Part shown: piece by piece, positions 16,340 through 25,502 of the stretch | How the letters are laid out: the number at the start of each line of letters is the position of its first letter | Numbering within the stretch: position 1 is the first letter of the stretch | NCBI GenBank assembly: GCA_030390025.1 | Contig: JASTWF010000333.1 | Span: 496,001-531,701, forward strand | Origin: Squalus acanthias | Lineage: Eukaryota | Reading direction: 5' to 3' | DNA length: 35,701 nucleotides | The notes under the pieces: model-generated | What the model was told of the DNA's origin: nothing | Database searches by the model: none | Seen by the model: only the letters and a program-made list of their open reading frames with translations | Program-made: the position numbers and the translations under genes

Positions 16340-16499
16340 GGTCCCGGATCAAGCTTTTTATCCCGGGAACCAATTACCTTGCCTTTGTTACCATCCCCGG
16401 GGTTATAACCCTGTATTGATGGTTTAGGATCCCTGTCCTGAGGACCCGTCCTTGTTTCTCTCTGCATCGGATAGGATAGGTTCAGTGTTTAATTCTTTG

Positions 16500-18076
16500 T
16501 TACATAAAAGTGCCATCTCCTTCCTCCTCCCATAGCAGCATCATGGGGGCCGCTTTTGCTACCCCCACAATTGATTGTTTACACACGCATTTTAATAGTA
16601 ATATCATAGAATACATAATCAAGATTACGATGAAGAACAAAATCAATCCTTGTGCTATTGATGTCCCCAACGTCCCTAGCCACCTAGTTGCCCAGCTCCA
16701 GAGGGTAAGTGCTGGAGGTTGCTTTAATTTCTTTACCTCCTGTGTATATGCTCAGCTAGATTAGTTATATTTTCTGAGTTGTCTGGAATGTAGGTACAAC
16801 ATTCTGACCCTATTATTGCGCACGTTCCTCCTTCTTTGGCCAGAAGGTAATCGAGGGCCATCCTATTCTGAAGGGTTACTGTTCTTAAAGCGACCATCTC
16901 CGCATTAACATGTCTCAAAGCTTCGGCTGTGTCGTTGGCTACTTGCTCTAACACCGCTGCTATGTTAATAGATTCTCTTGCTAACTTCCCCGCTCCATAC
17001 CAGGGGAAGGCAATAGTGAAGAACCTTTCGGTTTCTGTGATTGCTCTTTTTGTGCGTATAGTTAGGGTTTTAGTAATTCGGGTATAAGGGATTACATATC
17101 CCATGTAACATGACCCTGTCCAGGACTGGGGCAACCATGGATATGCCTTGTGGCCGCATATGAAATAGGTACCGTTATAGGCAGTGAGGGATTGTACTGT
17201 TTCGGGGATCCATTTCTGTATGAAACTACTGCCACTGTTGGTGAGATTCTTGAACGAAAGTCTGGAACCGTCAGCGTCTTTATTTAAGTTCCAAGACTGT
17301 GAGCAACGACTCCATCCCACCTCTGTTCCCTTTTCTCCTTTCTTTAGGTTTCTGATTATGCATATTGCTCCCTGGGGTCTACCTACCCCTGAGGTATTTG
17401 TTAATATCAAAGACGGGGGTGGTTGAGTACGATTGTATTTGGGCTGATACCACCCCTGGAAGGTGGTCAGGTTGTAACCTGACGATTGCCATTCCTTTTT
17501 ATCCCCACTCACATCCACCTTATAGGTCCCTCCTTTAGTTTGAGCTCCCATCCTGAGACCATTCCTGGAAGAGTTTTGATTTAAATACCATGCTGCCATC
17601 TCTGACTCATTAAACGGTACTGGTCTTAAAGGGATCCCTTCCTGTGCATGTATAGGAACGTGTGCACATACCCAACATTTAGATACATTACTTCGTTTTG
17701 CATAAGTATAAGACATATACAGAAATGTGTTTACATTTAATTCTCGTTTCAACCGTCTGTTTGATTTCTCTTTTTGATATTTCTGGGCTGTAGGACACCG
17801 TAAGTCAACTAGGCAAGGAGTATCCCCGCATGGGACAGTCCAATTACTCCTGCCAGTTATATAAGTTCTTGAACCTTTGGTAAGCCAGGCTGTAGTGTCG
17901 GTTTCTCTCTCCAGCTTCCACTCCTCTCCGTCTCTTTCATCAGGGGCTGGGCAGTAAATCGTATCTTGGTCACACAATCGTATTGGATCTTGTCTCCGAA
18001 GAAGGCACTTGTATTTCAACGAGGCAATGTCCGTAGCGCATATTGCGATTACACTAATACACATAAGCAATTTCAT
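16500..18076 (-). pseudogene. env: Retroviral envelope, gamma-type. Open for 447 aa (16733-18076); one frameshift at ~16743 detaches the membrane anchor and tail (16500-16742)
   Basis: Signal peptide [24 protein letters not shown] (aa107-111), CWVC (aa134-137), furin site RTKR (aa341-344), fusion peptide, [19 protein letters not shown] and CAIIGSECC. The shifted frame reads [55 protein letters not shown]...GDGTFM* to TAA at 16500-16502. Confidence 0.95.
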
Positions 18077-18153
18077 CTTATTACTCTAAATTAACAACGT
18101 CCCAAAGGCTATATCGCCAACCTAACTATTTGTTGCTTGTGGATTCTGTTCTT

Positions 18154-18183
18154 CCTGTGAGGGTGTAATAATACAATTGTTAG
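18154..18183 (-). promoter_or_regulatory. Putative env splice acceptor with branch point
   Basis: Minus strand CTAAC-AATTGTATTATTACACCCTCACAG|GAAG (AG at 18156-18155). No ATG lies between it and the env ATG at 18076. Confidence 0.65.
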
Positions 18184-18461
18184 TTTGGTTCTCCGATCAC
18201 AACCATTTGGATTTCCTCCCTTACTATCGGTCGGAGTTGATGCTGGCGGGACTGTTCCCATACATACTTCAGGATCCAACCTAAGGTGTATCCCATTAGA
18301 AGAATGCAGATAGTCCAAGCCAGCGCGTGTACCAGCGCCCATTCCCATTCTTTATACTGTCTGGCATACTCTTCACTTTCTGCGAACGGTATTTGTTCTG
18401 GTGTAGCCATTTCTATGTTAGTGAAGGGTTGTAGGCTTTTAACTGTGTCCAGTGCTTCCAT
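18180..18461 (-). CDS. Putative accessory small single-pass membrane protein (93 aa, or 76 aa from ATG 18410)
   Basis: Intact ORF filling most of the pol-env gap. Both ATGs have strong Kozak context (acgATGG, gaaATGG), and the second lies 2 nt after the pol stop. One 24-aa hydrophobic segment WALVHALAWTICILLMGYTLGWIL, with an acidic N-side and K/R on the C-side. Confidence 0.6.
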   Translation of the reverse strand: MEALDTVKSLQPFTNIEMATPEQIPFAESEEYARQYKEWEWALVHALAWTICILLMGYTLGWILKYVWEQSRQHQLRPIVREEIQMVVIGEPN

Positions 18462-21400
18462 CGTCCCATGCCCTTTATATCAATGCAAGCACACGTATCT
18501 CCGCTGATAAGGATTTGATATGGCCCTGACCATTTAGGGGCAAATGTGATTCCTGGCTTCCCTGGCAAGCTTTTAACCATGACCTTAGTCCCTGCTGGGG
18601 GAACGTATGGAAGCGCAGTTAATTCCAAATCCTTGTCTTTCTCTTCCTGCCTTTCCCGAGTTTGTCTCTTTTTAACTGATTACTTAATTCCAAAACGTAC
18701 CGGCGGAGTCTATCTTTTAAAGGTCCTACGTCCTCCCCTCCGGTTATTATACCGTGTGGAAGCCGCATTGCCCTTCCTGTCATTAGCTCATATGGTGATA
18801 AGCCTGTGGTCCGGTTTGGAGTTGCTCTTAATTTCATTAACACGGTTGGTAGCATATCTACCCATCGTTGATGCTTTTCCCCTAATGCCTTAGCTAAAGC
18901 TGTTTTCAGGGTTCGATTCATTCGCTCCACCATCCCGGAACTCTGAGGATGGTAGGGGATATGAAACTTCTGTTTAATGCCCAACCATGCGCACATCTGT
19001 TTAACTACGGCTCCTGTAAAGTGAGTGCCCTGATCTGAGTCAATTTGAATTGGTACTCCCCATCTGGGAATTATTTCCTCTGCCATTATTCGTGCCACGG
19101 TGGTGGCAGTACAATTCCGGGTGGGGAACGCTTCGACCCACCTTGTGAATTGGTCTATAATCACCAGGCAGTACCTGCGTCCCCTTGAGGTAGGTAGTGG
19201 CCCAGTGAAGTCTATCTGTATGTTCTCCCATGGTCCCCTTGGTCTCGGTTGGTGGGCCAATCGTATCTTAACTGGCCGTCCCGGATTATGTTGGGCACAC
19301 GTTATGCATCTCTGGCAATGTTTCGCCACATCTCTTCCCAACCTTGCCACCACCATTCCTTGCCTATTAATTCAATCATTGATCCCCGCCCGGTATGGGC
19401 ATTTCCATGATGTAATTCTAAGAGTAACTGCCTAATACAGGTAGGGGCTATCACCTTTCCCTCTTTTCGCCATATGGCCTCTCTATCCGGTCTCCCTCCT
19501 GCATGGTACTATTCCTGCCTTTCTCCTTCTGAGGTATCTTTGTGTAGTTTACTAATATTTATTTCTTCCACCTGAACACTGGCTACACTTTCTTCGATTG
19601 TCTCGTGTTCGAGAGCCTGTTGTGCAGCCAGGTCGGCTGCATGATTACCCTCCTGTTCTATACTCTGTATCTTTTGGTGCGCTTTTATTTTCATTACTGC
19701 TGCCTGCGTTGGGGCTTTTGCCGCTTCTAGGAGGTCTTCTATACGTTGTTGGTGCTTAATATGATCCCCTCCTGTTGTTACGAATCCCCTCCTTCCCCAA
19801 GCTGTCATGTAATCATGTACTACCCCAAACGCATATCTACTATCTGTGTAGATGTTTACAGTTCTGTCTTTAGCTAATTCCAGGGCTTTCGTTAGGGCTA
19901 CTATCTCTGCCACTTGTGCCGAGAGCCCCCCGTCTAACCTTCCAGATAACTCAGTTTCCAACTGGCCATTAACAACTGGCCACCCGGTTCGTGGTGTTCC
20001 GTTAATATACTTTCGGGATCCATCCACATAAAGGGTAAGCTGAGCTTCCTCCAGTGGTTCATCCTGTATTGGGCTACTATCAACTTCGTCATCTACATCC
20101 GCACATTCATGGGGTTCTCCCATCCCTAGAATACCTTCTGCTGGGTTCTCCCCGGTGTCCCGAACGATTTTTACTGATTCATCTTTGGGTATCAATACAG
20201 CTTCCCATCGTGCCCTACGCATGTTTGACACTGACCTCAATTTGTTGTTATTTAGCATGTCTACCAGCGTATGTTTGGTGTGCAGGGTGATATCCCCGGT
20301 CATTACCGTGGGTTCGCTCACCCTCACAGCCCATGCTGCACAATCTAATGCTGCTACACACCGTGACAGCCCTGCGGCCACTGGTGACTGCTGGGTGGAA
20401 TAGTATGCTACCGGTCGTTTTCTGTCTCCATGCTGCTGGGTAACTACTGCAGCATAGAATCCTCCCTCATTTTCACAGTGTATATGGAATGGCTTTTTCA
20501 TATCGGGTAGCCCGAGTCCCGGGGCTGTTATCAATGCCTGTTTTAATTTTCCATATGCTTCCTGTTGTTCATGTCCCCATTCAATGAGGGCGTTACCGGG
20601 GTTTCCCCCTTTTACGAGCCTCTGAATCGGTTCCGCTATCGCTGCGAAATTAGGTATAAAGTTCCTACTATAATTAAAAAGACCCAGGACTTTTCTGACT
20701 CCTCTGACTGAGACCGGTCGAGGCATTTCTTGTATTGCCTTTCGACGGTCACTAGGCATTGTCCTGACCCCCTGGGATATTTGTTGTCCCAAGTAAGTAA
20801 CAATACTCTGTCCAATCTGAGCCTTCCTGGGGTTTGCTTTAAATCCACCCTTTTCTAGTGCTTGTAGGATTACACCCAGGGCTGCTGCATGCCCCTTTTC
20901 ATCCTCTGATGCTATTAACAGATCATCTACATATTGTAATACAGTGCTACGGTACGGGGAAAGATCTATAGGTTCTAATAATGAACTCATTACCCGATGA
21001 AATATTGCTGGACTATTGTGGAATCCCTGTGGCAATCGGGTCCACGTGTACTGTTTATTTCCCACGGTGAAGGCGAACTTACTCTGGGACTCCGGGTCCA
21101 AGGGCAAGGACCAGAATCCGTTGGCTATGTCCAATACTGTGAATATTTTGTGTTCCATACTCAAACCGTTTAAAATAGTGGCCGGGCTGGCCACTATTGG
21201 GTGTAATTTTGGAGTTACCTTATTTAGGGCTGTGTAGTCAATAGTCAATCGATATGACCCATCTGGCTTCTTTACTGGCCACACAGGGGAATTGGTTGTA
21301 CTTTCTGTTGCCCTAATTATTCCTCTTTCCTCCAAATCCCGTACTATCTTTGACACAGCTTCCTGTGCTTCTGGCTTAATGGGATATTGTCTGTGTGATT

Positions 21401-21941
21401 TATGCTCCGGACCGGGAACTATGATAGGGTCCACCTCTGCCAACCCAGTATCCTGCTTTGAGACTGCCCACACTGTCTTGATGTTCTCACATATAGCCCC
21501 ATATTCCTGACTCCAGTCTCGTTTTAACGTTTTTGCACTCCCCACCTTAGCTAGGTGACCAAAAGGTTTTGTTAATCCCGTCTTGTTTCCGTCCGTTTGG
21601 GACCAAATTATTTTATTCAGTACCGGACTTACCAGGATATTATATTCTCTTAACAAATCTATTCCTAAAATAGTTCCTTCATTATTGGGGCATACATAAA
21701 ATTGCGCGGGGAGTAGTCGTCCCGCTATCTCTAATACCTACACTTCACTTTTATATGCAGAAATTCGTTCCCCTCCTAATCCTGATATATATATTTTGTG
21801 TTTGGTGACGGGAAGAGGCAGGTCCGTTATTGACACTGCTGCTCCCGTGTCTACCAGCATATCGCACTGCCGGCCCCCTATCAGCGCTGGCACATAGACA
21901 CGGTCGTCATGCTCCTCTCTTCCCGCGGGGGCCGCTGCTAG
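18413..21941 (-). pseudogene. pol: pro-pol polyprotein (protease, RT, tether, RNase H, integrase), in frame with gag, disrupted
   Basis: DTG at 21843-21851, ILGID, YVDD at 20922-20933, RNase H LYVDGS/AEIVA/YTDS/NHAAD, integrase HHGNAH..CITC, QIDFTG, DSDQG, VERMN and WSGPY. Lesions: TAG 21738-21740, TAG 19509-19511, frameshifts at ~19346 and ~18670. Confidence 0.96.
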
Positions 21942-21944
21942 TCA
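21938..21944 (-). promoter_or_regulatory. gag stop codon in UGA-CUAG readthrough context
   Basis: Minus strand AAC CGC TGA CTA GCA. The same frame continues LAAAPAGREEHDDRVYVPALIGGRQCDMLVDTGA into the protease. Confidence 0.8.
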
Positions 21945-23355
21945 GCGGTTATTTCCCTGGTCCTTGACAAGTTGCAAAAACCTCTGATATTCTTCGGGGC
22001 TCAGTCTAGGACCCTGATCTCCCGACCCCATATTTTCCCGCTTTGGACCCCAGCAGTCGTTGGTGCGGTGTCCCTGCTTGCCGCAATTACCGCAAGTCGG
22101 GATACTTTGTTTGGGACTCCTACACTCCTTAGCCATATGCCCCATCTTCCCACAATTGAAACACGCCCCTCTCTTTGGCTGGGGGTTTCTTTGCTGAACT
22201 CCGACTGCTCCCACCTTTTCTTGTTTAATAACCTTTCCTCGCTCTCCTTCTGTTCCATCTATCTGACAAGCCCATTTAACTACCGCATCGTAAGTGTCAG
22301 CCGTAACTACCCCCATTTTTAGTATCTTTTGGTGTTCTGAGGACAGACCATCTTTGTACATTTTTACAAATACAGGGTCGTCCCTTTGGGGGTTTTCCTG
22401 TCCCGAGGATTCCTGATATTGGTACCAGAGCCGTTCCCCATACGAATTTGAATTTTCCCCCTTCTTCTGTTGTATCTGCATTATTAAACCCCAATTTGGT
22501 GACGGGGCCCCCATCGTTTCCTGGACCCCTCTCTTGAACTCACTCCTCATTGTGTCCCGATTGGCTTGGGTTTCACCTGCTGTTGGACACCAAGTGCCAT
22601 TTCGGAAATTATCTGGTAATGCATTCCACTTGTCCCTTGGGCACTTGGCACGAACTATCTGGTGGACATCCTTTTCATGCATATTATGTATATCGTACAA
22701 TTCTTCCAATTTTTCCCAAAATTCTACATTTCATTTTCTTGGCTGTAATGTTCCTAAATCTTGATTTATCATTTGTTTTTCGGCGGGGGTAAATGCATGA
22801 TACCTAACTCTTGCGGCACGAGGACTACCTCCCACTGTCCGTATTACGGGTGCTGCCTTTTTAGTGATTATCTTTTCATCTTCGTCATCCCCTTCGTTAA
22901 AATTATCTACCGGGGGTGCCGAAGCTGATACAGCATATGAGGGGGTATGTCATCTTCCTCACCATATCTTCCAACCCCCGCGCCAGCACTCAAGCCTGTT
23001 GTTCATTCCAGCGTTCACTTTTATCCATTCTATATCCATCCTTTAACTTCTGTCCTGTTCTTAAGTATTCATTCTCCTGTTGTAGCTCTAAGATTTTCTC
23101 GTTGTGTCTCGTCAAACCCATATGTAGATCTCATACCTTCCTGGTCACTACGACCAGTTGGTGTACTAAGATCACTCCTGCTTTCTTAATCCTTTTCTGT
23201 TTCTGTCTCATCCACCACTCTCTCTGAGTGACAGGTGACTGGAACGGATCCCATCCGTCCTTAATCATCTTTTCCACCATACCCTTCCGGTCATCTGCAT
23301 AGAACCTAGTAAGGGACCCTTCTGGCCCCCAGTCTAGTCCTTTCCCCGATGCCAT
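21942..23355 (-). pseudogene. gag: Gag polyprotein with two CCHC zinc knuckles, disrupted
   Basis: MASGKGLDW start, coiled-coil-like EKILELQQENEYLR, ASAPP, MHR-like IQQKKGENSNSYGERL, and knuckles CFNCGKMGHMAKEC (22122-22163) and CGNCGKQGHRTNDC (22053-22094). In-frame TGA at 23131-23133, 22990-22992 and 22731-22733; frameshift at the G5 run 22941-22945. The start codon is inferred. Confidence 0.92.
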
Positions 23356-23567
23356 CTATAGTCCGACGTCAGTCCTCCACTGCGTTCCTCTAATCGGGCT
23401 GGTCTAGGAAACCTAGTCTGACTTCAGTCTTACCCTACTTCTGCTGTGTCTCGCTAGGCGACAGAGTTTCCTTCGAATAAAAAGTTCGTGACACTTTGGT
23501 TACTCAATCACACCTCTGACTTTGCCTCCTGGAGTGCTTTGGAGCCTCTACGCCTACTTTATGGTCC

Positions 23568-23815
23568 TGGCCTTCACGTGGGGCATTTGCCCTCTTAATA
23601 ACCGGCCTGAGGCTAGGCGTATGAGACAGGCACTCCCCTTGTCCGCTGGGCTTAATCAGGTCTTACCCTTCTCGACATATATCGCTACAACAGTTCTGCC
23701 TTAATTACTTTATATCATTCAAATGTCCTCAAAACTGTGTACACTTACTTTCATTCAATCCACACACTCAGTTAATCTTTGGCCTTCGCGTGGGGCATTT
23801 GCCCTCTTAACAACC
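23568..23815 (-). repeat. 36-bp direct repeat pair in the leader (23568-23603, 23780-23815), candidate packaging hairpins
   Basis: TGGCCTTC(A/G)CGTGGGGCATTTGCCCTCTTAA(T/C)AACC occurs twice with 2 mismatches. Each copy contains a GGGC-AAAT-GCCC hairpin on the minus strand. Confidence 0.8.
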
Positions 23816-23888
23816 AGCTCAGGCTGAGTGTGCCTTATTCAACATCCACAGTCACCATTTACTCACTCTCTCTCTCTCTCTCACACCT

Positions 23889-23897
23889 ACTTACTGC
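23889..23897 (-). promoter_or_regulatory. Putative major splice donor
   Basis: Minus strand GCA|GTAAGT, ~150 nt downstream of the PBS and upstream of gag, followed by a (GA)n tract at 23866-23882. Confidence 0.6.
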
Positions 23898-24043
23898 GTG
23901 TTTTTCACTTCTCACAGCTCTTTCTCATTCGGAGTGCTACGATGCTGTTACTCCGCGTTCCCAGATGACACAATTTTTGGACGGTCAAAATTTTGACTGC
24001 TCGTCCGAGTTCACTGGTACAAACGGTCTGTCAACCTCGTAGC

Positions 24044-24061
24044 ACCCTGCTCGCAGCGCCA
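24044..24061 (-). promoter_or_regulatory. Primer binding site, tRNA-Ser (UGA/CGA type)
   Basis: Minus strand TGGCGCTGCGAGCAGGGT, 3 nt after the LTR end. Its complement ACCCTGCTCGCAGCGCCA resembles vertebrate tRNA-Ser(UGA/CGA) 3' ends as recalled (…CCTGCTCGCTGCGCCA / …CCTGCTCACAGCGCCA). Confidence 0.85.
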
Positions 24062-24117
24062 AATTGTTGGGGAGAAAATAAGATTCTCAGAGTCTGTGTA
24101 AAGTCCAAAAACACATA

Positions 24118-25010
24118 GGGGTAAAAATTAGGTCGCGCCCCATTTGGGGCGCAAATATCGTCTGGACGCAAATATTAGCGCCTGGCGCTAATTATCGGCA
24201 CTGACTGGAAACTTCACTTTTACCGCCCCGGGAGGTGAGTGGAGCGCTAAATCAGGCGCTGCACACCTGTCTTAAGGCGCAAAGGCCGAGGAGTGAGGCG
24301 CTAACTCAGAGCGCTGGCGAAGCTCATGTAATGTCAGTCAGCAATGGAACACACACACAATGGCACGGGCCAGTTCTTAAAGGGGATGGTTAATCTTGCT
24401 TTCCATCCACATCCTGTTCATTGCAGCCTTGAATCTCGGCCTGGAGAGACTTGCACATCAAATGTGCTGGAAAGAACAATGGAGAGTACCAGGCAAAGAG
24501 CTCAGAGTGCAGCTCCCACAGTCTCTGCTAAATCGATACAAGGAATGGCAAATCAAAATGAACCTGCAAAGTGCTGCTCAGTACCCAAAACTCCTTCACA
24601 CAACGTTGAATCTCTCCAGAAGTCTCTCCCTCTCTCTCTCAGAATGCGTAGTTCAAAAATGCCACCAACAATAAAAGACAGGAAGAGGCCCCCTTTAAAT
24701 AGCGCCCCCCCCAGCCCCACAGCGATTGATAGCGTTCCAGTCTTCTGGTCGTTGGATGCGCCAGGCGGTAAGGCAGGGGGCGCCACTCAATTTCCGCTCC
24801 GGGGCGCCACAAGGGCGTTGCACCATGGAATGACGTCACAATCTGCGCGCGCAGGTGGTCGCAGCGGTAAGTTTTAGCGCCGCCACACAATCTCTAGTTA
24901 AGTTCCCGAGCGGCGCAAACATCGCTGCGCCCGGGCGTTAGCGGTTTTGCGCCCCATTAGCGCCCTCTTAAGGCGCTAACGGGAGGCGCAACCAACTGAA
25001 TTTTTACCCC
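24118..25010. mobile_element. Non-autonomous TIR DNA transposon (MITE), PIF/Harbinger-like, 893 bp
   Basis: Perfect 12-bp TIR GGGGTAAAAATT...AATTTTTACCCC. 3-bp TSD ATA (24115-24117, 25011-25013), with the empty site visible in the other LTR (ACACATAGTTT). GC-rich palindromic subterminal motifs and no transposase. The superfamily is inferred from the 3-bp TSD and GGG termini. Confidence 0.92.
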
Positions 25011-25102
25011 ATAGTTTATTGACAAAGTACTTTGGGAGCAGGAGCCAAAAGGTCCCGTGACCTTTGTAACATCCTTCTCGTTTAACCTTTGAGCAGTACA
25101 GC

Positions 25103-25108
25103 TTATAT
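25103..25108 (-). promoter_or_regulatory. Candidate LTR TATA box (AATATAAG); equivalent at 15928-15933
   Basis: Minus strand ATATAA ~80 nt upstream of AATAAA, as expected for a U3/R layout. CCAAT further upstream at 25296-25300. Confidence 0.5.
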
Positions 25109-25502
25109 TCAATATTTCTGGCTACATGCCATCATACATCGATTTTTGTCCAATTATATGGTATTACATTAATCACCTGATTATAGTTTGCCTTTACCTA
25201 TATTTATTTGGCAAAAATCATAAAAGCAGTTACATCTTGTTCCACCTTTTTGAGCATGGTCTAATCCCACAGTTTACTACTGTATGTTATCTGTGATTGG
25301 CACCGTGCCTACGGTCTCTAGCTAACTTTGTAAAAGGCCTCTTTCAATACCGTTTATTAAACACCGAACCCTCCCTCAAAAATCTGTCTGGCAGCTGTAA
25401 TTATATCTATTCCTTATCTCGTTTTGGAAAACCTTCACTGCACATGGTTTTATTGCAAATTGTGTAGAAATTGAATTTGACCATTTCAAATTAACTCTTT
25501 CA

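Larger units (their letters stand above)
15786..25502 (-). mobile_element. Full-length endogenous retrovirus provirus, class III / snakehead-retrovirus-like pol with gamma-type env, defective
   Basis: Paired TG...CA LTRs, PBS, PPT and gag-pro-pol-env order on the minus strand. Protease LVDTGA, RT NSPVWPVKKPDGSYRLTIDY / LPQG / YVDD, RNase H, integrase HHCC-DDE-GPY, and Env CWVC, ISD and CX6CC are all present. Confidence 0.97.
24065..25502 (-). repeat. 5' LTR, interrupted by a DNA transposon at 24118-25010
   Basis: Matches 15786-16326 once the insert and one ATA are removed; adjacent to the PBS. Confidence 0.97.

Noticed and set aside
18109..18348. 79-aa minus-strand ORF overlapping the accessory ORF
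   Set aside because: Alternative frame with no recognisable features. The TM-encoding frame has the better start context and composition.
18660..19350. Programmed frameshifts within integrase
   Set aside because: Both shifts interrupt conserved integrase regions and lack a clear X XXY YYZ slippery site, so decay or sequencing indels explain them better.
16510..23227. Plus-strand (antisense) ORFs of 60-116 aa across env, pol and gag
   Set aside because: Short shadows of the minus-strand genes with no motifs, and no evidence of an HBZ-like antisense gene.
24344..24890. 177-aa and overlapping ORFs inside the MITE
   Set aside because: No DDE transposase or recognisable Myb/SANT domain, and the ORFs run through GC-rich subterminal repeats. 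A relic gene start (MESTRQRAQSAAP) cannot be supported without a homology search.
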